From Camelus dromedarius (lineage: Eukaryota), in contig NC_087436.1 of NCBI RefSeq assembly GCF_036321535.1, forward strand, positions 101,682,001 to 101,746,000: a stretch of 64,000 nt of DNA. The letters are read 5' to 3'. Shown one piece after another: positions 12,346-24,513 of this stretch; the first letter of the stretch is position 1, and each line of letters starts with the position of its first letter. The notes under the pieces were generated by a model that saw only the letters and a list, made by a program, of their open reading frames with translations, searched no databases and had not been told where the DNA came from. Position numbers and translations under genes: made by a program.

Positions 12346-14579
12346 TTAATAACTGTATGACTTACAGACAACTTCTGTGATGTCAAAGATTTAACATATT
12401 GATTTTCATTATGGAAAGTGGCACAAGTAAATAGTAGAATCTTTTCTAGAGGGAAAGAACAGGGATTTGGGTTTTTCTAGTGTCTACTTAATCACCTATC
12501 ACACGAGTCTCTCCCCTGTTGACCACCTATGCTATAACCTCACCATCACTTTGCTTTTCAGTTTTCAATGACCTTAACTTATTCATCTAGACAATTTCCT
12601 GATGTCTAATGAAATATTTATTGGAATATTCTTAAGGCAAACACTTAAAATATTTAACAATAAGAATCAAGCTATACACTGTTTATCTAATATTTGGAAG
12701 ACTCGATGTCCTTACAAACCTGATACTCTTAGACAATAGGAATATTTCGTTCAAATGCATTTCCCAAACACCAAAGATGCAAACATATACAATTATGTCT
12801 ATTGCTTCTTATATTAAACAGTTGCATTTAGGTTGTTATGCATGTAGCGAAAAATGACTGTATTCCCAACCTTAAGTAGTATCTCTCTCAAAAGTGTTTC
12901 TTAATATTTTCTCTTGTGAAAATTATACTTTTATTTTTAAATAATGAATCAAGATACAGAATACAGAGTAACCAGTGAGCAATATCAGTTTCACTCAGCT
13001 TTACCCAGTTGGAGGATTCATGCATACCAATAGACACTTTTCCTATATTTAAGTCACATTAAGAATGTGACTATGTTGTACTCAGCAGTTTGATATCAAA
13101 GTCATCCAAACCATGCTAATTATCCAGAGATAAATCTAGACTAAGAGTCAGGAGCTAACAAAAATTTCTACAATGTTCGTAATATTTTATCAACAAATAA
13201 ACTATTTCTGCTCAGCAATTTCAAGTAGCCGTGTTGCTAAACTTGTTCAAGTTCATTCAAATTCATTTATTTTTCCAAATGTCAGCAATAATCTAAACTG
13301 TTCCACATCACAGGCTGCTGGCAGTTGGTATGTAAAATAATAAACAGGACTGCATTCACTTGGGGCAGTGAAATTCATACATTTTCCTTTCGATGGGCTC
13401 TGTTACCATATCATTTAGATATTAGTTTGTCACTGTGATTTTTAGTTCATTCTTCATAGAGTTAATGTAACTGAACTGATGCTTCCAGTCACAGGTGTCA
13501 ATAGAAATGTTAACTATCTATACACAAAGGACGTGTAAGCCAGTGCATTATACTATTCCAGAGTAGAAATTAAAAATGTACATGTTGTACACCTAAAAAG
13601 AAACCTTTCAGACATCATTTTTCTGTGACTTAATACTTTTTGAATGGATGGGCAAGGAACTAAAGTTTTGGTTTCTTCCCCCCACAAGGAAATTTTGGCA
13701 TGATAAGACTTATCAAGATATCAAACTTGCAATTCTGGCCTTATAAATTCAGATATTATCAAAAGAATAAAATCTTTTTTATTTTCCCTGAAGGAAATAA
13801 TTGGCATGCAAATAACAAAGCATAAAAGTAAAGACTGACTTTAGTTACTAATTTTGAATCTTATCCTATAGTCCTTTGTTAAGGAACCAAATGACTGAAA
13901 ATGTGATTTTTTCAGAAATCCCCAATAATATCCCTTATATGTCTTTTATCCCTTCATTAATATCATGGTGGGGCCCATGGCTTTCAGAGAATTTCAGTCA
14001 GATAAACTAAAGCATGCTGGAGTGTTATAACTTCCTGAATTTCCTTCAATAAAAATGTTTAATATTGTGAAGAAACTCAGGGTGATAGCAGTAAAAATTC
14101 AAAAGTGATGGATCTTGATTTTGTTCATGGATTTCTTCCTTCTGATTCATTCTTCTTGTCCAGATGGGTTGTTAACCCCTTCTTTAGTCAACTCCTTGCT
14201 ACTTTCCTCATCTGAACAGTACAAGTTCTACTCTTCTGGGACGCACTCACCACTTCTGTAACTCCATCATTATACTTACCACACCATATTATATTTTTTT
14301 CAAGAATCTTCTCAGAAACTAAGTTTTTTGACCTTAGCCTCAGTTCTGGGAAAAAATGATTGAGCGCTTCATGGAGAAATTGCCAAATGAACTCTTAGCT
14401 TTGAATTTTTTTTTAATGTTTTTTTGGCTGTTTCCCTGATGGGTGATAAATTTTTTAGGTTTTAATCCAGAGTTTTAAGGTAAGAAACTCTATCCCTTTC
14501 ACAATTCATACCTCATAGTTTTACTCTATAATTTTTTTTTTTACTGTAGCATGTTAGGGATTGAAGAAGCCTTCATGAC

Positions 14580-14740
14580 AATGTCTCATTTTATAGATGA
14601 TGAAACTAGATCACTCAATTTAAACACCTTCTCTAAGCCCCAATTTCCTCATCTGCAAAAATGCAGAAAATTCTTAACTAGAGATGTTACTTTCAGAAGT
14701 AAATATGTACTCAGCACATAGCAGGTAGTAAGTATTCAGG
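14580..14740. mobile_element. Two adjacent MIR core fragments in opposite orientation
   Basis: ctcattttatagatgatgaaact (reverse core), then ctctaagccccaatttcctcatctgcaaaaatg (forward core) and cagcacatagcagg. Confidence 0.5.
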
Positions 14741-15164
14741 AAAGAGTATATGTTTGGATTATTTTTGTGACAATTTGTCAATAGCTGTACAAAACCTCAA
14801 GTACATTATTTCTTTATTGAATAAATTCAGCATGTTTTACAAACAAATGAAACCTTGCTTTTCCCATGAACATTTATATTTATCTGTCAATTCAATAATA
14901 TCCTACCAACCTGCTTTTGATGGAAATGACTATCCCCAGGCTGCAGGTTCTCCTGACATTTGTGGCCTATCCATGTTCACTCATTCTCTGTGCAATGGCT
15001 ATGCAGTCCCAAGTTTGAGTCAATATATAAAACTCGTAGGTACAACTCCTATAGTAGTTGTTGCCAACTGACTTGTCATCACTTGGGATAATAGAGGATT
15101 GAGGTCTGAGAACACATGTTAATATACAGATTAACTGGTATGTGCTTTGATTTTACACTTTTTA

Positions 15165-15263
15165 TTTAAAAACATTTTTTATTGAGTTATAATCATTTTA
15201 CAATGCTGTGTCAAATTCCAGTGTAGAGCACAATTTTTCAGTTATACATGAATATATTATACA
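15165..15263 (-). mobile_element. ~100-bp young L1 3' end with perfect TSD
   Basis: ttattgagttataatcattttacaatgctgtgtcaaattccagtgtagagcac. Identical TSD ttgattttacacttttta at 15147-15164 and 15264-15281. Confidence 0.9.
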
Positions 15264-15339
15264 TTGATTTTACACTTTTTAAATTATAGTTTGTACAATG
15301 ACAATGGACTAAATAATTATATAACTATTTTGTTGAAAA

Positions 15340-15455
15340 CTGTCTCACTCATTAGGTTGTAATCTTTCAGAGGGCATGCACTTGACATATTTAGTTTATC
15401 CTAAACCTGACATGTGCCGAAGTCTAAGAAAACATCTGCCTATTTGGTGAATTAC
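15340..15455 (+). mobile_element. L2 3' end fragment
   Basis: ctcactcattaggttgtaatctttcagagggcatg...tatttggtgaat resembles the L2 terminus. Confidence 0.5.
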
Positions 15456-15881
15456 TTTTTTCTCCTGGTGAATTATTATTATTTTTTGGTGAATTTTTTT
15501 GTTTACTTGCACTGCTTACTTCAACTTGAAATGTGTAAATTATTATGGAATCATGTGTTTTTCTTTTATTTCAAACAAGCTATTGGTTTATTCAGTCATT
15601 GATACTTTTCTTTAGCTTTGCTTACCAATTGTTCTCAGTAATTTACATCGATTACGTTGGTTTCTAAACATAAGGGAAATAGCATCTAAATGCACTGTAA
15701 TGATAGCTTTGTAATTTATTTTAAAATGGTCATATCAGGTCTCTCATCAAGTTAGAGAAAAAATTTTTAAAAATTTATATTAATATCTATGTATATATGC
15801 ATAGGTCCCATAATGGCTTCTTTTTAACAACTTTCTGTTCAGTGCATAACAGCATTTATAATGCTCTTGTTTCTTAAAAAA

Positions 15882-15883
<2 letters not shown>

Positions 15884-15914
<31 letters not shown>
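15884..15914. repeat. (CA)n microsatellite
   Basis: Visible CA run. Confidence 0.95.
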
Positions 15915-15917
<3 letters not shown>

Positions 15918-16985
15918 CTGTACAGTTGGCAAGTTACTCATGTTTATGTTTTCCCATGTCTGAGAGCTAGCATATGTCCTTAGCATGGAGAGCCGGTAAA
16001 TCCTGTTGAAGGGACCCTTTTGAGCAATGCAGGTTAATGTATCACACTGTAATCGTGCATCCAGTAAGTGCTGCCTTCCTCTCTTCTGAAACAATTATTG
16101 CTTTTCTTTGGTGGCCTCACTGTTTTCTGAGCTGAGGAGAGTTTGGCTGATGTGGAAGCACAAAAGGAGTTCAAATGGTGGTACTGGAGCCGCACCACAG
16201 AACAGTGAATGGATGTCAAGCTCAACATTTAAAGTGCTTTAGTCACTTAAAAAAATTTTTGTGAAAACAGAGTAAAGATGAGCAATTCAATATTGAAGCC
16301 TTCAGAGGCAACAGTGTAGCCTGGGAAGACCAGTAATTACATGAATGTTATATGAAAAATCTCTGACCTAAAGCATCTCATAACTCACAAGAATTTGGAG
16401 ATGAGAAAGAATGGGTTAAAAGCAGAGCCTAAATCCACCATCTCCTTTTTACGCCCAGAGGGTAAAAAAGTGACACATTCAAATCCCCTTGTAAACTTCT
16501 TAACAAGATCTCACGGCAAACACATTAATTATACTTACTGGTAAATGGGGTTCTTATCTATGAACTTCCTTTAATGAGATATACCTGGTCTGGTTACACT
16601 GCATTACTGAAAAATAAATCTTCCATTTATGGATTTATGTGGGCATTTCTAGCTAGAGAATATCATAGGAGTCTAGAACCAGTGGGGTATAACGGTGGAG
16701 ATGTTTTTCTAAACACAAAGGTTTCCTTTCTGCTAGCAATTTCATTTTCACAGAAGTGTAGAACTCAACTAGAATGTGACCCAGTGCTTGAAGTCCAGCA
16801 GAATTAGATTGAAAATCTTGGATTTTTCTATTTTACACTTGCTTTGATATTGTCCTGTCTTCGAATCATCAGTAAAACAAGTAGAACTATGATTCCTGTA
16901 CGTGTGCTTTGACAGTTCCATTCCTCATGTTTTCTAATGTAAGTTACCTGGAAGGACTGTGCTATAGGAAACTCAGACTGAATTT

Positions 16986-17358
16986 TGTTATGGACTGAAT
17001 GGTGTCCCCTTGGCAATTTGTATATTGAGCTCTTAACCCTTGCATATAACCATATGTGGAGCTAAATTATTTATAAGTGTGATAAAGTTAAAAAGAGACT
17101 GTTAAGGTGGAGCCCTAATCCGACATGGGTGGTGTCTTTACAAGAAGAGGAAGAGACCTCAATGATGGGCATATACAGAGAAAAGAACAGTGAGAAGGTG
17201 CTTGTCTGCAGGCCAAGGAAAGCAGTCTTAGGAGAAACCAAGCCTCCTGGTGCCTTGATCTTGGACTTCCAGCCAATGAGTTGCGAGAAAATAAATTTCT
17301 GTTGTTTAAGCCACTGGACTGTGGAATTTTGTTATGGCCATCTCAGCAGACTTTTACA
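16986..17358 (+). mobile_element. MLT1A/B-type solo LTR
   Basis: Starts tgttatggactgaatggtgtcccc, contains ccttgatcttggacttccagcc and aataaatttctgttgtttaagccac, ends ...taca. Confidence 0.9.
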
Positions 17359-17929
17359 AGCTAATTTAGTTTGCACCCTTATTCCCAGGAATGCATAATT
17401 TTGCTTAAAAGTATATGCATTTAACATGGAATGTTTTTCTTCAGTGATTTAACTCAGTGAAAGGCTTCACAGAACTTTGGAATCTGAATGACAATGGCCT
17501 CTTATTTTAAGATAAGGGAGAGAGGCCAAAGAAGCAAGGGGACAAGTCATGTGTTCCTAAATATGGGGGTGGGGGTGAAATAGGCCAATAATTAACACAT
17601 TTCTTTCTAACTCACACTCTACACTATGAAGAAATAAGGGGAGAAAAAAACCAAAAATCACAAGTGGAGGGCAAAATATCATCTCTATTACTGTTAAGGG
17701 CTAACTAGAGGAAGAAGCCTAATGGAAAGAAGTGGGCTTGCTAAATGCATTCCAGAAGTCATCGCGAGAACCTACCCTTCAGGGCAGTGCCAGCACATGA
17801 CGGATATTCCCAACCACCCCAGTCAACAGAGTCAGCCACTCCTCTTGAAAAAGAAGAACAGGATGCTTGTTCTTTGTGTGCAAATAGTACTGAAGGGAAA
17901 AAAAAAACAAAACATACACAGAATAGAGC

Positions 17930-18285
17930 TGCTTTGGTTATCTACTGCTGCATAAATCTTCAACTAGGATGGAGCTCAAGGGAGAAAGATTGTCTCAGCT
18001 CCAAATGGCATCTCCTGGAACTACAGCTTGCAAGGTGGCTTCTTCCTGTACATGTCGCTGTCCTAGCTGGGTCAGCTGAAACAGGGGGTTCTGGATGGGT
18101 TTTTGACTCTCTCTCTCCCCACACAGTCTCTCTTTGTGACTAGTGTTATCTTCCTCCCAGTGTGGAAATCTCAGTTTGGCCAAACTTCTTAGCTGGTAGC
18201 TCACCTCCTCCAGTACACAAGAATAAAAGCTACTAGGCTTCCTTAATGCCTGAAATTTGAAGTTCTAGAATGATATAGTCCCCTT
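17930..18285 (-). mobile_element. MLT1-family (H/J-like) LTR fragment
   Basis: ttatctactgctgcataa...caaggtggcttcttcc...ccaaacttcttagctggtagctc. Confidence 0.6.
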
Positions 18286-18576
18286 GGATTTCCTCCAGGA
18301 CAAAGGGAACTTTAGAGAAAGGGATTGCCTTTTATGCTCCAAATTTAAATTTTTACAGAGCCTGGACCTACTACTGGCTCAATCAGGGTCTGTTTTACTT
18401 TATAATCCATCTGTCTGCCTTCTCTTTCCCATTTTTCTGTAAGACTTGCCCTTACATATTTCTTTGCACAGCAAACTGAGCTCAAATTGCACAACTTATC
18501 TACTAACCTGCTTTAAATGTCATTTTCTAAAACAAGAACACTAAGCCTCTATTTATAACAGCACACACAATTTTAA

Positions 18577-18602
18577 CACACACACACACACACACACACA
18601 CA
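18577..18602. repeat. (CA)n microsatellite
   Basis: Visible CA run. Confidence 0.95.
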
Positions 18603-18858
18603 TCTGGCTGCTTACCAGACGACACTGATGTGCTCTTCTAGAAGGAGTGTCCACCTATGTTGGGGACCGTCTCTCTGAGTCACATCGACTTACACATGAA
18701 AGCCTCTTGCAGTTGGCTGCAGTTCTCCACAGGCTTCCTTTAAATATGTGACTTCCTTTTCCCTTTTTTTCATTTTCTACTTCATTCCACCTTGTAATTT
18801 TGTGTAAATCCAGGGGGCAATGTTGAGCAAGACTACCTAGGGTTTGGTACCAATTCCA

Positions 18859-19165
18859 TTGTTGGAGGGAGTTCCCCACATCAACAGGCATTTTTCTTAG
18901 GACACCAGCTGGATATCCTACAGTTCAATTCATTTTTTAAAAAATATTTTTATTGAAGTATAGTCAGTTTACAATATTGTGTCAATTTCTAGTGTACAGC
19001 ACAGTGCTTCACTCATACATGAACATACAGATAGTCGTTTGCATATTCTTTTTCACTGTATGTTACTACAAGATATTGAATATAGTTCCCTGTGCTATAC
19101 AGTATAAACCTCTTATTTGTCTGTTCAATTCGATTCTAACAGTGTCTACCTGGAGAAACATCAGC
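18859..19165. mobile_element. ERV LTR fragment (MER21/MER77-like) interrupted by an L1
   Basis: gacaccagctggatatcctacagttcaattc resumes after the L1 as gattctaacagtgtctacctggaga, matching a motif I recall from this LTR group. Confidence 0.55.
18932..19122 (-). mobile_element. Young L1 3' end inserted in the LTR
   Basis: ttattgaagtatagtcagtttacaatattgtgtcaatttctagtgtacagcac. TSD gttcaattc at 18923-18931 and 19123-19131. Confidence 0.9.
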
Positions 19166-19324
19166 TTCCACACCGCCATCCCCTTCTTTACAACTGCAGG
19201 TTCTGATTGACTTTGTCTTAGATGGAATATTTGCTTGGTTTCTTGATCTTTCTTGTTCCACTTTCTACCTATAACTCCCATCAGTCAACTGGAAGCACTC
19301 CTTTCCTCAGTACATTTTATGCAC

Positions 19325-19470
19325 ACAGATAATCGGCTTAGATTCTACTACTGGGTATTCTCATCTAGAAAAGATGTTGCAAGGACTAACTGAGAGAATG
19401 TGTCAAAAATAATTAACCAGATACTTGCATGTAGTAAATGTTAGTTACTGTTTCTATCACTATTGTTATT
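19325..19470 (+). mobile_element. MIR fragment
   Basis: ttctcatctagaaaag...gttgcaaggactaactgagag...gtagtaaatgttagttactg. Confidence 0.55.
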
Positions 19471-21321
19471 TGTGTTTCTTATGGTTGCTATTGTTTTGTT
19501 AATTTTATTATAATTCAAGGTGTATATCATGTGTCATGGACCTTGCTACTCTTCAATTTTTTTGTACTTCAGCATTTTTGCCTGAAAAATATACATATTA
19601 CTATACAATGAATTGATTTCTGAAGATTAAATGAGATATAGTCTTTTATCACAATGATTCTCATAGGAATTATTAAATAAATATTAGTTTTCTTTTATAA
19701 TGCATCTACAGGATTCCCAAGACAGTCTGTTTGAAAATGCTCATTTTCAAAACTTAACAAATGTATATTTTAATTTACATATAATTTAATTTACATATTC
19801 ATTTCAATAGAATGGTTTCCTCCTTCATTGCTCTTTGTAATATTCCAAAAAATCAAAATGACATCTCTTAAATTGCGATGTAATAGTAAACAGTGTATCT
19901 TCAAAATAAATACTTGTTATTCCATTAAGAATTTATTTCATCTGCAACCTCGAAGAACCTCTTTAAGGTCAAATATCTAGCTCTATTCCAATATCCCATC
20001 AAAATAATCTGTGAAACATACATTTTATTGTTTTCTACTCTCCAAAGGAAATGTCTCACCATTTAAAAAAGTTTATGTCTTTTGTTTGGAAATAAAACTG
20101 TGTGTTAAAGATTTAAACAAATGAAATATTTACATTCAGATTATTGTTTTTTACTAAAATTTCATCTTTAAAATATATAAGTTTTTGGTTTCCTTTTCAG
20201 TTTGGTTAAAGACTGCAACTTACACTGTAAAATGTCATAAAATTGTCAAGCCTGACAGTAAAGTTTTCAAAATGGGTTGAACCAGAAGGAGATTGGGAAG
20301 GAAGGGAAGAAGCAATTTACTGAAGCTAACAAAGTAGACTAATTTCATTATGTGTATTTGCTATGCCAGCAGGGAATAAAACTAGAGGTACTGTACTTTC
20401 AAGGTGACTCCAAAAAGGAAATGCACAGTCCTTTGGAAATGAAAGCTCCCCAATAGGGTCAACCTTGATGCAACCTGTGCCATTAAGTTGCCGTCAGGAT
20501 TGCAATAAAAATAGTTCATTCAGAGGTTAGGGGAAAATATACTTTGTAGCAGGTATGAAAATAAGACTTTTCTGTTTTACAAAGCTTAAAATAAATCATT
20601 GCAAAAATAATAAAATAAAGATGAAATGCAAAGTCGACTGTCTATGATTAACCATTTTTTTCTCTATACCTCATTGAGAAAAATGCTAGATTTCCATGTC
20701 TTCAGCAAAATTGTTCCAAATTCAAAACTATTCAAAGCTTTCCTGTGTCCTCAGCCCAGAAGGAAATGCCTAAATTATTCTCCATCTTTTCTATCTTAAT
20801 TAAACCATTGCATATTTATGATCTAAATGCTTTTATTGTATAGTTGGCAGTCCATCTGTGTAAATAAACTTTGTAGTTTTCATTAATATAGATATCAAAG
20901 TGTGCCAAGTGGCCACAAATATTAAATAGCTAGAATTATCGCAGGCTGCATCCATGTACGTGAGTGGAAATGGGAGGAAGGGTTTTTTTTCCCTTTTTTT
21001 CCATTTGCTGTACTTGCCATGTGTCAGACAGTTACTTCACACATTGAAACACATTGGAAAACCAGACAACTTATTAAAAGATCCCCAGCTTGGTGAGAGA
21101 TCTTGCATGCATACCATTTAAGAAATCTGGAAAGGATCTTGGAAGGCTTGCAAATGCTCTAGAGAGAAAATACACAAGACTCAGAGGACTGCTTTTTGGC
21201 CAATCTCAACTACACAGAAGTTTGGTAAGAGACAAATCAGAAATTCGCTCTGTGTCACTTTACAGAGCAGAACTAAAGCCAGGGAAAATATTAAAGTGGA
21301 AGAGATGGTTACTCTATTACT

Positions 21322-21480
21322 GATTAGTCACCAAATAGTTTTTGAGCACCTTCCATGTGTTAAACACTGCCCTGGGTACCAAAGATACAGCAAGCACAAA
21401 ACAAACAAAAAACCTACCAACCAACCCGGTGAGAATCACTGTCCATGAAGAGTTTATATTTTGGTGAGGGAAAAATTGAA
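21322..21480 (-). mobile_element. L2 3' end
   Basis: caaatagtttttgagcaccttccatgtgttaaacactgccctgggtaccaaagatacagc, the reverse of the L2 terminus. Confidence 0.7.
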
Positions 21481-21959
21481 ATAATGGCTGTGGATGATCA
21501 AATGTAGGTATACTGAGGAAGAAATTTTATGCTTGGATGGAAGTTGACTTTCAATGGACCCTTTAATTCATAGAACCTGTGTATTTAGACAACAAAAGAC
21601 TTCTTTCCGTTGCACTGAATTATTCCCTCATGCTTTGTATCTATTATTCTGAACTTATAAAAAGTATCTATAGCATAATATAATTTGATTTTTTACAAAA
21701 AAGGGTAAATAATGAAAAAAAAATTAACTTTCTCAGTAGTTTGAATTAAAATAGGCTAAATATCAGAAAATAAAGATTTCCATCAGAATTCTAGACTTTG
21801 GCTGAGAAAATAGTTTGTTTATATTATCACTCTCTGGGCTTCTTATTAAACCCCTCTGCCTTTATTATTAGAGGGCTATTTCAGTCATAAACTTAAAACA
21901 TGATTCATCAGTTCTCAAACTACAGAATTTAGGAAGTCTAATACTGCATGAATTATTAT

Positions 21960-22136
21960 ATATACTTCTCAAAACAACCTTATGAAGTAAGGATTTTTAT
22001 TATCATTCTATTATACAAATGCAGAAATTGAAATTTTGCAAGTTAAAATGACATGCCTGTATTTCCATAGTACAAAAAGTTGGAATTTGAGTAAAACCAT
22101 GTCTCGTTGATTTCTGATTCTATGCTTCTGACCATT
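21960..22136 (-). mobile_element. MIR SINE
   Basis: aacaaccttatgaagtaaggatttttattatcattctattatacaaatgcagaaattga. Confidence 0.7.
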
Positions 22137-22920
22137 TTCTGATGGTTCTTAGTTTTTAAGTAATATCACCTCTTAAGATATGTTTCCAAATCTATGTCTT
22201 TATCTTTAGCTATACTGGTCAAATTTTCAGTCAAAATTTGTTGAATTCTAGATTTGATATATCAGGCAAGTTATTTCTTGTCATCATTGACTCTGTACAT
22301 TTGAAAACCAACTCATGATCAGTTTGTATAATTATAACCTAGCAGATCAGTATTTCAGCCACTTGTCCTCCACAGAGTAGCTGTTAAGCTACTTAAATAA
22401 TGCAACCTAAGGAATATTTTTTGTTTTATATGTTAAGAATATGATATAATTGAATCATGTTCCAGATCCTTATCTTGCATATATTATATGTTTATTTTAA
22501 CTAAGCAGTCAAGCTATTTTTATTTCATCCACTTTATACACTTCTCAAAAATTAGATAAAATAAGGTCAATTTTTTTTCACAATACTTAAATAATCATTA
22601 ATTTCCTGCATGTCAGACTAAAAAAAAAATTACATGTGTGAAATTACCAATAATTTAAATAAATTTATAAAGCTTATTCTCTAGATGCTTAATTCTTTTA
22701 TTTTGTTTAGGTAAGCTGTGGTGGCTACAGCTATTGGGAGTCTTAAAACAAAAAGAAAGCTTTATCTGAAAAGAGACAATATGATCACTGCAGTCTTTCC
22801 CACTCAATTATAGATTTTTTTAATGTTTAAAATTCTTGAATATTAAAACAGGCATTATTTTCAGTGTTAGACGGATTATGATCTGTATCTACCTGGTTCA
22901 ATGTCAAGAATAAAGCAAAA

Positions 22921-23063
22921 CACTAGCAAATATATTCAATATCTTGTAATAATCTTTAATGGAAAACATTATGAAAATGAATATATATATATATGCATGA
23001 CTGGGACATTATGCTGTACACCAGAAATTGACACATTGTAACTGATTATACTTCAATTAAAAA
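22921..23063 (+). mobile_element. Young camelid-type L1 3' end with perfect TSD
   Basis: catgactgggacattatgctgtacaccagaaattgacacattgtaactgattatacttcaattaaaaa. TSD aagaataaagcaaaa at 22906-22920 and 23064-23078. Confidence 0.92.
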
Positions 23064-23254
23064 AAGAATAAAGCAAAATAAAGTTTATATATCAATGCAG
23101 TTGTCACTCATTTGTTCATCACCACTTTCCTCCAGTTTTTCATAGTTTAATCTACCAAAAATCTTTTCTGGCATTAGAATGGAGTGTGCCATAATGCCGA
23201 ATTGTGCAATTCCTGGAGCCCTTACTGCTTACCCAGCTGTGAAGACAGAAGCCC

Positions 23255-23428
23255 ACATATAAGTAGCTAAGAAACTTGGGCATATTACCTGACTTATTTC
23301 TTCATCTCTAAAAGGAAAATAATACACATAACATTTAGGATGCTTGTGAAGATTACGTTATACATGTGAAATTCTTAGACTGGTCCCAGGCATGTAGATA
23401 AGTTAGAGTAAATGCTAGTTTTATTGCT
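23255..23428 (+). mobile_element. MIR SINE
   Basis: cttgggcatattacct...ttcttcatctctaaaaggaaaataata...ttgtgaagattacg...taaatgctagttttatt. Confidence 0.75.
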
Positions 23429-24475
23429 GCCTAGTTTGTATGAAGCTCTAAAGCTGTAAACTTTATTTTAAATCCTTATAGTTTCCTTCCACTGCAACTA
23501 CAATCATCTTCACAAGATTAGTTCTTGTGTCAAAATTTGGTGCCATTTCTCCCACCCCCATTTCTACTAATTTTGAATGAATGGTATCCCCCTACCAAAA
23601 ATCTTAACCATGTTTTCACAGGGCTCAAGGCAAAAGCAGCGTGCAGAGTGACAGCTTTCCTTCCCAACTTTTGTTCTCTTAGGAGACATGCTTCCCTAGC
23701 CCGGCTTGCATGTGTTTCCCCAATACCCTGTTTAGCCTACATTTTCAAGCCCAGGTCACCTGAATTTTCTCCAGTTCATGACCACTGGTATTTACTTTCA
23801 TATCCAAGTTCTGGAAATATTTCTAATTACTTCTTTACCCTAAAAGCTGTAGTATCTACTTTGCTTCTGCCGGGGCTCCCATTCAAGGCATTAAAGTTCA
23901 TATTTGAAGAATGGAGTCTACCAGAATTTCACTAACAATTCATTAAGCAGTTGACAAATTACTTTATGCTGCTGTGGACAGTATTGGCACATTGTGTTTA
24001 CGTCATTAGCCTTCAGTATAAGGGTACAGGACTGAACAGTACATTGGATTACAGGATTCCACAGATGGATTCTAGTTTGAAATCATTCTAAACTTTACAT
24101 TGGAGTGGTCTATAAATCATCTTGGAAAACTTTCCTCTCAATAGTTTGCTGACATCATTAGAAATATTTAAGACAGTAATCCATTATAATTTCCTTCTCA
24201 CTCTAGACCATCCTTTCCACTGAGTAAGGGTTCACATTAAATAAAAAGTTAAGAAACTGTTGCCGCACCAGCATATTCTAAAAGTCCATGATAATGCTGA
24301 AAAACGAACAGGTTCTATAGGACAACTGTTTAAAATTTTCAGTTAAATTGATATTTCAAGCATTTTCTCTCTCCTCACTGCTCCCCTCCCACCTTCCCCC
24401 TAAAAAACATATCAGAAGTTGGCAAAATTGGTTGGTAAAACTTAAACAAAGAGAGAAAATGGTGACAGGGTCCTT

Positions 24476-24513
24476 GTGTGTGTGTGTGTGTGTGTGTGTG
24501 TAGGTGTGTGTGT
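24476..24513. repeat. (TG)n microsatellite
   Basis: Visible TG run with one interruption. Confidence 0.95.

Noticed and set aside
17745..18143. 132-aa ORF
   Set aside because: It runs through an A-tract into an MLT1 LTR and looks like a chance frame.
20540..20558. ctttgtag|cag|gtatga as a 3-nt microexon or recursive site
   Set aside because: Upstream sequence is purine-rich with no usable pyrimidine tract.
23525..23935. Longest ORF (136 aa)
   Set aside because: TTG start, no recognisable domain, no convincing splice sites, and it lies in probably L2-derived sequence.
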